From: Phoronis australis
Lineage: Eukaryota > Animalia > Phoronida
Direction of reading: 5' to 3'
DNA length: 64,000 nucleotides
Assembly: GCA_002633005.1 (NCBI GenBank)
Contig: NMRA01000978.1
Span: 11,819-75,818 of the forward strand
Shown: positions 11,926 to 25,271 of the stretch, piece by piece
Layout of the letters: each line of letters begins with the position of its first letter
Position numbering within the stretch: the stretch's first letter is position 1
Made by a program: the position numbers and the translations under genes
The notes under the pieces: generated by a model
Databases searched by the model: none
What the model was told of the DNA's origin: nothing
The model's input: the letters and a program-made list of their open reading frames with translations, nothing else

Positions 11926-13572
11926 CTTTTCAGTTTGGTGGCTAAAGCGTAAGCCTATCTGATTTTGACTACGGAGTTTCACTCGTCTGGCCGCCTTTGT
12001 CTCGGCACCTGCTGGATCTCAGCACTAGTCTAGCGGTACAGTTCCCAGGAATTGTTGTTTTTAAGGGGATTTTTATTATTTTTCATTTATTTAGACCTAA
12101 TGGACATCGTTTTGTTTCGTAGAAAAGGTGCATTTTTTGTTATTTGTTTTCCCGTAGACTGGCGTTCAACTGATCTTCTCTCCGAAATTGAGAGATTCGA
12201 TCGGCACAGGGAGGGGCACTTGATTACTGAACTCAAAGCCTTGTTCGAAAAAAATAAAGAGCTGAATTACTTTTTGATGAGAACCTCTTGCTAGAGAGAG
12301 CTCATTTTGAGGTTGTTCTATTTAGATTTATGAAGCTTTAAAAATGAATTTGAATTATTTTTGTAAATAGCCATTTTTGTCAATACACCACTGAGACTTG
12401 TCATCTTATGTAACCATGCCACAGCTTAGTAATCATGCTATGTTTAAAATTATCTAAAAGCTACCTTTATGCAATGAAAGTACAAAAATGCGAAGTTCAC
12501 CCGAAGGTTGGCCTAACTTAAATGTCTTAATGGTGCAATTACGGCCAATTTCCGCCCATTAATTTGACTTGGGCACAGCCCTAGATCTACCGGAGCTAAC
12601 TGCTTGACTAGGATAGATGAGTGTGCACCTGAGCTATGAACCTGAGGTTTTAATCAAAACATTTCGTTATAAATTTAGAAAAGCGTAGACAGTGCTATCG
12701 ACTCGACCTACTTTACTCGGAATCCCACTTGTTGTGACCTACTTTTCATTTAGCGGATTTTAGCAGACGACAGATAATTCCACTTTAAGATACATACCCA
12801 GATTTACATGAACATAAGTGGCCTTGTCATTTGACAGGTGAAGTTGAACCCCCTGTGGGGCTCTTCGGATTTTCGCTGGCTCCGAAATACTTTTCCTCGA
12901 ACACTTATTTTTTCATCATCGCCTTTACAAATTCCCACATAATGAACGTGCGATTCTCTGCTGAAAAGCATTCACCTGTTGTCTTTGTCGCGGCGTTTTC
13001 AAATAGTGCAAAAACACTCATCGATTCCACCAGGAACGTCGTTTAACAACAGTGTATTTGCCTATGACATCTTGTTTGTTTGTTTGTCGGGTGTTACCTG
13101 ACTTTTCTCAAAGGGGCGGAGCTTGCGACAAGTCAATTGGTTAGGGAGATCATGCGGATCAAGAATGTAATTACATATTTGTGGCGATGTTTTCAGTCAA
13201 ACCCCGGCCACTATGTCTGTCCAGTCGGCCTATCTAATCCGCTGTTCACCATTTTGTTTGTTTGGAAATAAAATTCGCCGTTTTATAGTTTGAGAAGAAA
13301 CTTCTAGGAAAAACAATCCCATTAAGGTAATACTATTAATCTTTTCATGAAAATTTTTATTACGACAATAAACCCACGTTCCGTCCTTAATCGGATGTCG
13401 AGAAAAGATTTTGGTCTTGCAAACTGACAGTTGGTCATTGGTCGAGACGAATCATGTGACAAGACAGCTTGTATAGCTTACTTCAAGCTGATGAATAACG
13501 GGTTACCACTTCGTCCCTCGCCCAGGAATCACATCTGTTTTGATTAACGAACAACGGTAAGTGGGCTAAATC

Positions 13573-14291
13573 AAAATTTTGGTTTTTCTCACCGAAGGGG
13601 CGTTATAGTCGTGTTAAGTCTAAAAGTATCATACAGCAACTATTTGTAATAGGCCAGGCGGCTTTAGGAGGTTCAGGACACGGTCAAAAACAGTCACCGA
13701 CATGCCGTTTTTTTGGTGCTACACGGACACTTTTTTCGAAAGTCAATGACATTTCCCACCCCTTATGGAATCTAAGATCCTCCATGAAGAACCAGGGCCC
13801 GGTCTCTAATCTTTGTACTCGAAACGAACTCGAAACTATTTTTGGCAATTTCTCTGCTCCTTTTGTGCGAACTTAAGATAATTGGTTATCGGACTGTGCT
13901 CGAATACATTATAGTTTATGCATAGGAGTTTCTAGTTCAAGTTCGCCCTTGAAGACTCTTATATTCGTGCTACAAACTCGAGTAAAAACTCGAAATTTCG
14001 AGTTCAAACTCGAACTTATTGCTTTAATATTGGGTTTACAAACTGTGAACTAAGGGCAATAAATTATNAAAATTTTGGTTTTTCTCACCGAAGGGGCGTT
14101 ATAGTCGTGTTAAGTCTAAAAGTATCATACAGCAACTATTTGTAATAGGCCAGGCGGCTTTAGGAGGTTCAGGACACGGTCAAAAACAGTCACCGGCATG
14201 CCGTTTTTTTGGTGCTACACGGACACTTTTTTCGAAAGTCAATGACATTTCCCACCCCTTATGGAATCTAAGATCCTCCATGAAGAACCAG
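13573..14291 (+). repeat. 223-bp duplication across the n at 14068; the first copy is followed by a MITE
   Basis: 13573-13795 matches 14069-14291. Confidence 0.9.
13796..14067 (+). mobile_element. 5' part of a PIF/Harbinger-like MITE (CWG target)
   Basis: CAG|GGCCCGGTCTC terminus; overlaps in sequence with the copy at 22738-22952, which ends GAGACCGGGCC|CTG; related terminus at 41385. Confidence 0.75.
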
Positions 14292-15852
14292 GAGCGAGAT
14301 TGTTTAGCAACTTTTCAATCACAGAAACCACTCACCCACATTCCTTTGATCGACACACTTCTTTAATCTAACATGACTCGGGCCTAGTTAAACAAACTGA
14401 CGCGGATTTTGTAAACTCCGGTTAACTTTTAAAAATTTTCGTGACACATGCACTTGAATCACTTATTTATTCACTCGATTCACTCTAAGCACAGGTCCAT
14501 GCTTTCACGAGCGGTTCACGTTTTCCATTGAACGCTACAATAAAGAAAAACGAGGTCATGGTTGTGCACCAGAATCAAGAGGCTGGATGCGAGACTGCGG
14601 GCTAATCTCAGAAAATTTTCCTCGCCCATGTGTCTTTTTAAAGCCCCGGTCACTATGGTCAAGACTATTTGATCGACTCGAGCAATTTCTCTACGATTTG
14701 ATAACAGCACTAACCACGGGATGGAAACTTCCACCCCACACCATTAGGCTCAGAAAACGCGTGTCCTGAGGACCAGTGCAGCTGGGGAATCTGCAACGAA
14801 AAAAAAAAATAAAAAAAAAATAACAGCCAACTAAGCGGCACACCCGTATCAAGTAGCCCTATTTGATATATACATATCTACCTACCTACCTAACCCTACG
14901 GGCAAAAAGGACTAAACTACACGTATTTGGGCTTAGCCGTAATGTCGGCAGTGACATGCACAACTGGTTTCCAAACCGGAGTAACCTTTATTTCATCACT
15001 GACTCGGTCACAGATATGACAGACCAAACCTTCTCAAAAAGTTTTCTGCCTACGCTGCTATCCATTACCCCAATACGTTGACTACCTCTTCCCACAAAGG
15101 TAGTGCGCTGGGCCCGCCTTGGCAGCAAACCTGCTAATTAGACATTCGTTAAAAGAGCTCATTTTAGTAAAGTTGTTTTTTTAAATCAAAGATGTTTTTG
15201 TTTTCAAATAGTGCAAGACGCTTTGTGTCACGTTCCCACATCTTTAACTGATAAATAAAGAGACAAGAGACCGATCTTCTTCGATAGAGTGTGCCTGTAC
15301 ATGCCTGTATGCACGTGTGCCAACCGGTTTGAGCAGAAGACCAACAAGAGCACGTTAGTTTCTGCCATTCAAAGCACATTGAACTCTTACTGAACTTTCA
15401 AAGATGAATATAGTTATATTTGGTGATACCGCATCCATTTCACCAATTGATACTGGTTGTGCTAGAATATTTTTGAAGAAAACTAGAAGTAATATTTGTG
15501 GTGATCCCTCATTCGGCCAATGAACCAACTGAAGCGAACAGCAGTGTCAACTGAGGTTACTAAGCTTATGCACGCAGCCGAGCCAGACGAACGATATCAA
15601 ATGACAAGGTCAGCACGGACAGCTAAAACACATGTCATCAAGCTAGGACCCAATTAAATCAAGCCTCGTCATCTCCTACAACAGAACTAGGACACTACAG
15701 TGGTAAAAGCAAGTCGTGTCATTGCTTTTGTGAACCCGTAGCACCTAGAAAAGTAAAGCGCCAAAGGGTTTTTAAACGAACACATTTCTGCGCGCCGAAG
15801 TGTGCTTGTTAAACGCACACTTTTCTTAATCAACTCGTAGATATAGATTGTC

Positions 15853-15980
15853 GCATGGCGAAGTCGTTATCCCCCGTAATCTAGAGCCCGAGTGGACTTT
15901 GAAGAATTACGTATCCACAAGGGCTTTAGATAATGGGGATAACGATTGAGAACATGTAATAATCCATTTATACCACATAC
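15853..15980. mobile_element. Palindromic non-autonomous element (Crypton-like); inverted copy at 34516-34680
   Basis: hairpin gttatcccc..tctagagccc...gggctttaga..ggggataac shared by the two loci. Confidence 0.55.
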
Positions 15981-17976
15981 TGAACGATAAACATTGTAAT
16001 GAATCGATCTACCTTTCTCGACTCGCCTCGGCTTTGTAACTACTTTCTATGTCACACGCCCAGGGTCGGAGGACTTGGCCTTTTAAAGTCATTCTCTCAA
16101 ACTGCCCATGTGTTTCCAGTATCCGAAAATACTTACCACATAAAATCTTATTTTCGACACCCTTTCTTTATATTCTTTTCGCCTTTCTTGCTAAAAGCGA
16201 CTTTTGACCAGTATTTGACCCTTCTCTCTGAGCGTATGATTACCGGTTGTCATCGGTTATTTCCGTACCCACATTTCAGGCTCATCAGTTCAGGAACTTG
16301 TCCTGAAAGCCGTCATTTTTTCCTAGTAACTGAATGTGCTATCGCTTGCTCGAAAATTCTTCATTATTTTGTTTTGTTAGTAATATCTCGTGATTCGTTT
16401 GTAGTGTATTTATAGTTTGTAGTTAGTGGTCGTTGATCGTTTTTTGGAATGTTACGCGTACTTAGTATGTTAAAAGAGCATTGGTGTTTAGTTCCTTACG
16501 TACATTGTAGGCCGGTCGAACCTATTTTTTTTCGGTTTTATTTTTTTCTCGTTTTGAAAAAGTACTTTGCTATCATAAAAAGGTAGTGCATTCTACTCAG
16601 TAAAAATCGAAAAAGTATCAAAATCGGGGCAAGCAGTGTAAAGTTATTGCAAGTTTTGTGGCGAAATTTGGGTCACTTTATTTGGATCGCGTCGGCCATA
16701 TTGGAGGACAGCGGGATAAGTTACGAGTTTAAAATTTTGTGTAAATTGTTTTCGCCAACAAATTACGGTGAAATTTAGTTAGACATATCTTTACTTAATA
16801 TTCTGCCCGATTTAACAGTGTTCACCAAATTTCAGCCTCGCAGTTGTTACCTATTAAGTGATAAATGTGCTCACAATTCCCGTTGGACTTCGTCTCATTT
16901 CTGGCGGCCCCGACAACATGGCGACTTTTGCTGAACTGAAAGGCATGTTCAATCGGCTACTTTGCAATTTGTGAAGATTTAACGTTGATACATTTTGACA
17001 AACGTTGCTACAAAAAAGAAACTTTGTTCAATATTCGTGTTTTTTGTGCAAAAATATAAGATATATTCGAATTATTTTACTGTAAATTTCCCATTCAGGT
17101 GATCTTACACTAAGCTAAAAAAATAGTTGAAATAATTTTGAAATGGTTTTGTGTTTGAGTGTCAACTGCTGTTCAAGACTTGATTCGGTGTCACAAAATG
17201 ATTCATACTTTTCTAAATTTTAAGTCTCAATTGCTTTCAAGTCATGTTTTGTAACTTATTGCTTCTTAATTCATATTATCAAGTCAACAATATGAATAAT
17301 CGTAATTTGAGAAATCAGCTATGTTGGATTGTGAGGCTTCAAGCCTCTAATTTTTGTTCCTTGCAACTTCATATCTTTTTTTAAATGATGCTTGTCAAAT
17401 TCTGGTATAAGGGACCGGCACCATGGTAATAGTTACATGTATGTCCACTTTCATATCATGGAAACTGTTGCTGTTGAATAGTGTTTGTAATGATAAATGT
17501 TGTAAAGTATTGTGCATTTTAAGTTACTTACTATGTCAAAAGTTTGAATCATTTTGGGTTAATGAATAAAAAATGATAACATGTTGTATTGGACTTGTCA
17601 TACACTGTACTTATGTGCTCGAACGAGCCCCCTTTTTGGAGAACTGGAAAGAGGTCTGCCTCAGTCACAGAAGCACGAATTCCGAAAAAAGTAGAAAATG
17701 AGACAATATTCCACTAGAAGACAGGAAGTACCAAAATTTATAGTCTGCAATTCATAGCTCTGAACATACCCACTGAATCTTATAGTAAAAGATAGATATT
17801 CCCAAAAATTCCAACCCCCCCCCATTATTTTAGGCTTGGTGCGCTCATACAAAGTCTGGGAAAATCTCTATTGAAAGCCAACAACTTTGCACAGTTCGCC
17901 AGAAGTACCCAAGTTCTAAATAAACCTCGTTTGAGCGAGCGCTGTGGCCAGCGACCAGTTAGCCCTTACAAAAACG

Positions 17977-18412
17977 AACTTAAGTTTTTCGCTGAAAACT
18001 TAAGTTTTTGGCAAATAACTTAAGTTTTAGAGGAAAAACTTAAGTTCTTCTGAAAAACTTAAGCTTTTAAAAGAAACTTAAGTTTTTAAAACTTAAGATT
18101 TTCGCCAAAAACTTAAGTTTTTCAGCACAATGTTAAGTTTTTCAGAAAACTTAAGTTTTTCAGAAAACTTAAGTTTTTTCAAGTGTAAAACTTAAGTTTT
18201 CACAAATAAACTTAAGTTTCAAGTAATAACTTAAGTTTTCATGAAAACTTAAGTTTTTTGTACTAACAAAACTTAAGTTTTTCTGATAACTTAAGTTTAT
18301 CGCAAAACTTAGTTTTTGTAATTTTAAAAACTTAAGTTTTCTTGACTTCTTAAGTTTTTCAGAAAACCGGATTTTTTCATTTGTGGAAAACTTGAATTTT
18401 CTAAAAACTTTA
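17977..18412. repeat. Minisatellite of the palindrome AAAACTTAAGTTTT, ~20-bp period, about 20 units
   Basis: directly visible. Confidence 0.95.
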
Positions 18413-19675
18413 AGGTTTCTATGTGATGAAAATTTACGTTTTCAAGTTTTTAAAATTTGAATATTGTGAGATCTGTTTAATTTTTGGTTCGAAATTTTTC
18501 CCATTATTTTCCAACAAAAAATTATTGTTTGCTCATGCAAAACCCATCATCTCAAAAAAAATGTTGCCCGAATGTTTCCTTAGCATTTATATAGATACAA
18601 ATACCATAAAACGACGAACGTTTAACCTGGTCAGTACAGAATTAGTGCAGTTATGTAATCATTACGGCACGTCTTTGTGAATTTAAATGTAGACGAACAT
18701 CCGGTGACCAACAACAGTAAGAATGCACCCAATGTTAATCCCCTGAGACACTGACCTGGTCAGTACAATGTAATCAATTGATTTCATGCAATTCTTAAAA
18801 AAAACGTAGTTATTGTGCAAGTTTCCTTTGTGTTGAGTTGTATTCGTAAGGCAGTTTCCACCGGAAGTCAATAGTTTGAATTTTATAACCGACAGTCAAC
18901 TTCGAAGAAAAAGTCGTGTGTTGGCTAGCCTGCGACAATGAAGTTTATATTANAATGGCGGTGGTTCTTCGGGTGCGAATTGTGAGTGTCGCGTTCATTT
19001 AAACTTTTTTCGAGTACGGATTGTGTATTAGTTATGGGGTAAGTACTTGATGAATCCTTATAACATCCTCTAACCATGTAATAAGGGTTAGCAACGTGTG
19101 AGAGAATGACTTTAAACTATTTTCCGAAAGTTTGGTGATCGAACCAGCTAACGACGTCGAGTCGACATTGACCTACCTTTTGAACTTTTTATGCTAGAGG
19201 TCACTGTTGAAGTAGTGCGGGAAGTGAATACGGAAAACGTTATTACATGGCCGCATTTCCCTCGACAGATTTAACGCGTATGGGATAAAACAGTTAAATG
19301 CAACGCGTCTGTTTTGGCATGCCTATTTTTTCCGAAAACATGTAACAAATACGTTATGTCCAAGATTACGCCAGTCTTTTATGCTTTTTTCACTTGTGAA
19401 TGGAAGGTGCCCCCTGTACTATTTCTCGTCCCCCACACTATTTGGAGGGCTCCGCCGCCCCTGATACGTAGCGCTGTTTTCGGCGCTTGCCAGTATTTAT
19501 GCCAGTATTAAATATGTATTGTCTCATTAAATTGGGAACATGCAAATCATGTGCTAATTTACAAACAAACCCGGATTCTCTACTTCTCATCCGAGAACCA
19601 GTTCCCATTACAATCTCGCGAAAGTCTCTTTTTGCTAGACTATTTTTATGTAAATAAGTACGATAATATCTCATC

Positions 19676-19830
19676 GTGGCAGACGAGGACCCGATGCCGG
19701 ACAAGAGGACAAAGAAGGGATATAATTTAGTGTATTTTGAACCTCACGTCTTTCGTGCATGGCGCAACTCAGATTCCGACTGCAGCTGCAAAGACAGTGA
19801 ACTGGCGTTATATTTGACAACACTTCTAGT
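19676..19830 (+). mobile_element. Possible Kolobok-associated accessory ORF remnant
   Basis: VFRAWR....KDSELALYL resembles the F.RWR..K.D.ELA..LL motif of Kolobok-derived ORFs. Confidence 0.35.
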
Positions 19831-19984
19831 CCTCATTTCTCAGGAATACACGGGAATCCCAGGGAAATCCCGACATCATTGTCGTTACCCTAATGAAACA
19901 AGACACAGTTTTTATTGTTTGTATATTTCACTATCAAATAACGATTGCGTAATATGTGGAATCACTGTATATAAAAAATAATTG

Positions 19985-20197
19985 CAGGCGGTGTGATACA
20001 CGATGTACCTGACGTGCGCAGGTGGGCCCATTGTACTGATCACCTGGAATCATTTTTATGCTTGATTAATATATGGTTAAAGCCGAGCTGAGGAACTAGT
20101 GACCTGACTCAAGGGTTTAGCAGTGTGACCCTGTGGGAATCGAACCCACGACCTTGAGTAAAAAAGCGGGCACCTATCACACTAGGACACACTGCCT
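19985..20197 (-). mobile_element. tRNA-derived SINE
   Basis: minus strand GGCAGTGTGTCCTAGTG (A box)...GGTTCGATTCCC (B box), followed by a ccttgagt core-like motif; no intact cloverleaf. Confidence 0.7.
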
Positions 20198-20380
20198 ACT
20201 CTGTGGAATCACTAGGGTTTTTATCTTTATAAATGTATCGTTTGTGGTGCGTTCTCAAGTTATATACTAATCGTTTCTTTTCCTGATTATACTTGTACAC
20301 ACAGTTCTGCAGGAAATTTACGTATTCACGGTTTTAATGGGACATAGCGTCTTAAACAGAGAAAACAAAACGAAAATCGC

Positions 20381-20573
20381 ACTGTACTGCGTCTATGTGC
20401 GTCTATTCTCGATTGTACCTCAAATTATGGCACGCAACGCTACACTGAAAATTAAAAAGGTGGTGCACTGCATCTACGAGCGTCTACTCACCGTTGCTGC
20501 ACCTCAAGTTACTGTACGTAAACGCTACATTAAAATGAAAAAAACGGTGCACTGCCTTTATGTGCGTCTACTG
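20381..20573 (+). repeat. Diverged ~83-bp tandem repeat, about 2.3 units
   Basis: recurring gcactgc.tcta.g.gcgtcta and aacgctaca.t.aaa. Confidence 0.75.
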
Positions 20574-21224
20574 TTTTCCTCTATTGTTATTAAACTACAA
20601 TCCTTTTTGAACACAGTTTCGTACCTTGGCCGAAATCAGAAAATCGTCGTTTATTCTCGTCTATTTCCTTTACGTGTAGGTCTAAGGCCTACACTTCAGA
20701 CAATTGGAAACTGAAAAATCTGGAATTTAGAGTGCAAGAGCATTTGGATTCTTGTCTGATCTCTTGTACCAGAGTTGTCGTGTACAAAAAGGCCATATTT
20801 TTGTAATTTTTGTCGTCTCAATTTTCCAGTAGTTGTAGCAAAGCAAAAAGACATGACCTTGCTTGTGCTTTCTATATGTTAAACCTTTCTTCAGGTGTCT
20901 TGACACAGGGTGCAAACAATGGCTGTCATTAACCCAGACTAGTGACAACGTCAAAATCAGCCACTGAAACTGTTTGACCGTCAATCAATTCAGGAACGAT
21001 TCTAGGATGACGGCCATGTTGACTTGTCCTTGAAAATGGGTTGATACCAACTAAGTGTAAAATCATTGTTATTTGATTGTTTTTGATTCAAAATTTGGCA
21101 TTTTTATAAACTTTTGGGTGCCTGTTTTCCAAGGTTTAAGCCACTAAATTTTATCACCACCATTTTCTCTCACCTTTTCAGCAAAAGAGTCCGGCTTGAT
21201 TATCGACTTGAGAACATAACACTT

Positions 21225-22208
21225 GTAACACGCGGCTACCGGGGATTTCCGATAGGCCGCCTATCGTCACAAAATGCCTATGGACGCTTTTTCGGAAGAA
21301 GAGGAGGAAATAACGTGCGTCCGTTTTGTGGCGTCCGCCTCTAATCTGCCAAACCAATCGAAGGATCATAATGAAATGTGTTCCCGATGTGAAGCAGGCG
21401 CGACTGACATTGACTTTCGGACGGGTCCAACTGAAGTGTTGGTCCTTGTGGCGATTTTGTTTTTTGTGTCTGTGGTAAAATCTTTACAAACCTTTGAAGG
21501 AGCTTTGTGAAATTTAGAAAGAGGTGTACCTATAGAGCCGAGTGTCGAACTGATCCAAATACCACAGTGCCCCTTAATGTTTTTACGTTTGCCTCTGTAT
21601 CTTCGGGGGTTCGTTATTGTGTTTTCATGAAAATTACCAATTAGGTTTCTGTAAAGGAGACGGCCTTCGCAAATTCTGACAAATTTGATGCTTTCTGCGC
21701 CATCTGGTGGTCATTTAAAATCTTGCATACGTTTTTGACGTCCACCTCTCTGTCTGTCAAACCACTGAATGGATCATTATGCAAACTGACGATTGCGGCT
21801 GACGTTGATTTCCTGATGATTTAGACTACTCTGGCGCCACCAGGGGCAATTTTGTTTATGCGTCTAGTGGTGTGTCTCATTAGCTGTCTGGAGGATCTTG
21901 GCAAAATTTGGCGGATATGGTCCTATGGAGGCAGCAACAGACGACGAGGATTTTCAGACCAATCGGACTATAACTGTGTCAAATTTATTTTTATGTTTTC
22001 CTCTATATCTGTGGAGTTCCTTGGCATATTTTCATGAAATTTGGCTAATAGTTGTGTTAGAGAGACGACGCCACCTTCCCATTTCGGATAGGTTTGGCCT
22101 ATTCTGTGCCATCTAATGGCCATTTTCATGATTCTAAAATCACCCGTAGAAGCACACTGTTTTCGGTGCTGTCGTGGGCGCATTTCAACCCTCCGCGTTT
22201 CTCTTGTT
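21225..22208 (+). mobile_element. Second, diverged HINE-like element with CTCF-like motifs
   Basis: same 3' end GTGGGCGCATTTCAAC...TCTTGTT (22174); units contain gcgccatctggtgg, gcgccaccaggggc and gtgccatctaatgg. Confidence 0.6.
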
Positions 22209-22287
22209 CAATGTCAAATTGAAAATAGAAATATGAAATATGAGATGCAGTATGAAATCAAAATTTCACTTGAAAATAGAATCTTGA

Positions 22288-22700
22288 GTCCCGTTTAGAC
22301 ATCAACTTTTGGCCCTGCGCAACTGACACGGATCAAATTGACACATTTCAAGCGGCCGTTTACACACACAACTCACTAACTGTGGCAAGACGGAAATTGC
22401 AGGCTGGAAAAACTGGATCGCACATGCGCAGGTTTACAAATGACGAGAGTTGCAGAGAAAAAGAACCCGTACGTAGGTCATTAGGCAAGCGCAGTAGAGA
22501 TGATCCTTTCCGCCTTGCCCCAGTTTAGACACATAATTAACACGGCGTAAGATGTTCGAGCGCAAATTGCTCTACCTACCAAACAGGTGTCAAAATTTGT
22601 CGCAGCGGTGTCAATTTGCTCCGTGTCAGTCCCGTTTACACAATGCAACAACTCGTTCCGTGTCAGCTGATCCGTGTCAACTTTTAAAGTGTAAACGGCA
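22288..22700. mobile_element. Harbinger-like MITE
   Basis: ccgtttagaca ... gtgtaaacggc termini and inverted subterminal gacacggatcaaattgacac / gtgtcaatttgctccgtgtc. Confidence 0.7.
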
Positions 22701-22737
22701 TTTTTAATTCTGAGTCAATACTCCATATTTCAAAGAA

Positions 22738-22952
22738 ACAAACTCGAGTCAAAACTCGAAATTTCGAGTTCAAACTCGAACTTATTGCTTTAATATTGGG
22801 TTTACAAACTGTGAACTAAGGGCAATAAATTATCTACGTAAGTTATTGTATACTCAAGCATGGAATTATCTTGAGTTCGCCCAAAAGTAGAGTAGAAAAT
22901 GCCAAACCTAATTTCGAGTTCCATTTCGAGTAAAAAGATTGGAGACCGGGCC
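22738..22952 (+). mobile_element. 3' part of the Harbinger-like MITE family seen at 13796
   Basis: about 95 bp near-identical to 13972-14067; ends GATTGGAGACCGGGCC|CTG. Confidence 0.75.
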
Positions 22953-23459
22953 CTGGTGTAGTTCGTGACGTCATATCCGGTTTGGGCCAATATGGCGGCG
23001 CCCATGTTATTTGAGATTGAGGATATTAAACGTAAACTAGCCTTATACAAAGTGAGTTTGTTACTGAGGTTTTTGAGAAGTTAGATAGATGCTTTGTATA
23101 TTGAAAGGCAAGTTTCTTAAAAGTGTAAATAACATGCCCTGATCGTATCCTATGCCAGACCTTTCTCGGTAAATGTCTTGGAGAGCAATGCTTTCTAGAC
23201 AAATGATCAGCTCTCCTCTTGACGTTATTCAAGCAACAAAACGACCAGTGTTGCACAAATATGAAATTTTCCGTACTCGACTCTCTCGGTGGACCGTGAG
23301 AGAACGCACGTCGTGTATATCTCCAGAAAATGACTACGAGACTGTCCTTTGATTTAATACCAAATCCGCCATGTAGTGTATACTATTATCAAATTCGGTG
23401 AAATGATGAATTATTTTCACCGACGGCACGCTACAAACGCTTTGTGTAACTCAAGTTAA

Positions 23460-24795
23460 AACACCACTTGGTCGAATGGATTAAAATTATCCGCCTGGAC
23501 CACGCTCTTGAACGTGGTCGTCATGGATGAAAATTGTCCACCCAGACCACGTTGTTGACGGAAGAGGTGGTGGCCTGCACTAAAATTGTCAGCCCGTCCC
23601 CGCACACTACAGGCTGTTATATCAGTACTTTGTGTCAACCCTGTATATCCTCAGTTATCAATGTAATGCTGGTATTATCAGGGGGACACGAAGAATACAA
23701 CACAGACGTGTTATGTAGACTAAATTATGGAGCACACGCCGTCCCATGGACAACCCCCCCCCCCATAACACGCTTTATTACTGAGTTTAAAGCCACGACG
23801 GGGACGTTTGGACGAAATACCCAGTCCGACCTACAAGCTTCAAATTGAAGCCGTGTGGACAAAAATAATCGGACTATATAGATCACGCTCTAAGTCATTT
23901 TTCAACGAAAAGCGCGTGATCGTAGCGGACGAAACCACTGAGTCCGATTCGACCAAAAAGTGCACTGCACTCCTTGATTCGACCGCAATCTATATGAAAC
24001 GCGTTCGGTAACTTTCACCAGTATGTGGTCGCGGGACAATGATCTGCCCGATCACATGCTACAAACGCCATTCGGTAAGTCAAATTGAGCCGTGTGGTCT
24101 TATGGACGAAAAATATCGAACAGGACGACGGTTTAAATGGTTTCAGTTGAAGTGAAAAGTACGTGGTCTTACCACGAGTGTCCCATCCGACCACACTCTA
24201 CAAACACATTAGGTACTGATTCAAACCATAGCATGTGGTCCTATGGACAAAATAAATTCTCCTGGACCACGTTCATGAACCTGGTCTCATCCCTCTCTCA
24301 GGTTACAAACGCCATTCTGTAACTTAACTTGATGCGACTAGTATGCACAAAATTGTGCGACTGGACTACGTCCTAATTCATTTCTAGGAATGAAAAGCCC
24401 GTGTTCGTAGTGGACAAAAGTGTCCGCCCCGAAAACACGGAACAAACTCAAGTTAAAGCGCGGAGTCCGGTACCGCTCAGACGAAGCCCTCGTGGTTGTA
24501 TGCCCAAACTTTGTTGGCCCCCGCCGAACACACGCTATTAAAGACTTTCTAACTGAAACTAACGTGTGATCTTTCGCTTTCAAGTCGTCTGAACAAAAAT
24601 TGTCCACCAGCCCGTTGTGATATGGACGAAAATTAACCGCCCAGACCACGTCATTCATTTAAAGCGCATGGTCTCATGGACAGTCATTTAAAGCCCGTGG
24701 TCGTATGGACAAAAATCATCCGTCTGGACAACACGTTTTCCAAGTCATTTAAAGTGCGTGGTCGTCTGGACGAAAATTGTTCGCCCTACCATACG
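23460..24795. repeat. Degenerate array of about 20 hairpin units, period ~55-70 bp
   Basis: consensus CGTGGTC-n-TGGAC(G/A)AAA(TT)-TCC-n-GACCACG separated by short, often ttaaagc-containing, linkers. Confidence 0.8.
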
Positions 24796-25271
24796 AATTT
24801 TGTGACTGAAACAAAATCGCGCGGTGGTGATTGATTTGCGACTGACTCTCGGTTTATTTGCGAACATGCCATTACAGGAAACGGTCTACACGTCAGTTAG
24901 CCCGCATAGTTAGTGCCAGTTCGAGAATAGGCAAACATTTCGCGAATACTGCGGCGGAGGCTAGACCAGACAACCTAGTACATGCAAATGAAGACGACGT
25001 AGATTCGACACCTGTATAGTTTGTTGTTGTAGCGTTGAGAGTGTACACAAGCAATAACTATCAGACTGGCTTGACTGACATGCCTTTATTTCTACATGGC
25101 TGAACCGGAAGCGCCGGTAAAAACTATCTAACGATTAACACATAGAAAAGTTACTAAACATATAATCACACAACACCCGTCTCTTCACTGTCAAGACAGT
25201 CAAGGTCAAACCAGATATACAGTTCGGCGTTCACGGTCGTGAACGTGTGATAACATCTTGCTCCTTTGTTA

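Noticed and set aside
15164-15379. SWIM zinc finger of a MULE transposase (CSC..TGWHTC)
   Set aside because: Only a partial motif, with no other MULE features
20120-20197. tRNA gene
   Set aside because: A and B boxes are present, but there is no proper acceptor or anticodon stem and the sequence continues into a SINE-like body
23460-24795. CRISPR array or integron attC array
   Set aside because: Repeats are highly diverged, linkers are related to each other, the context is eukaryotic and no cas or integrase gene is present
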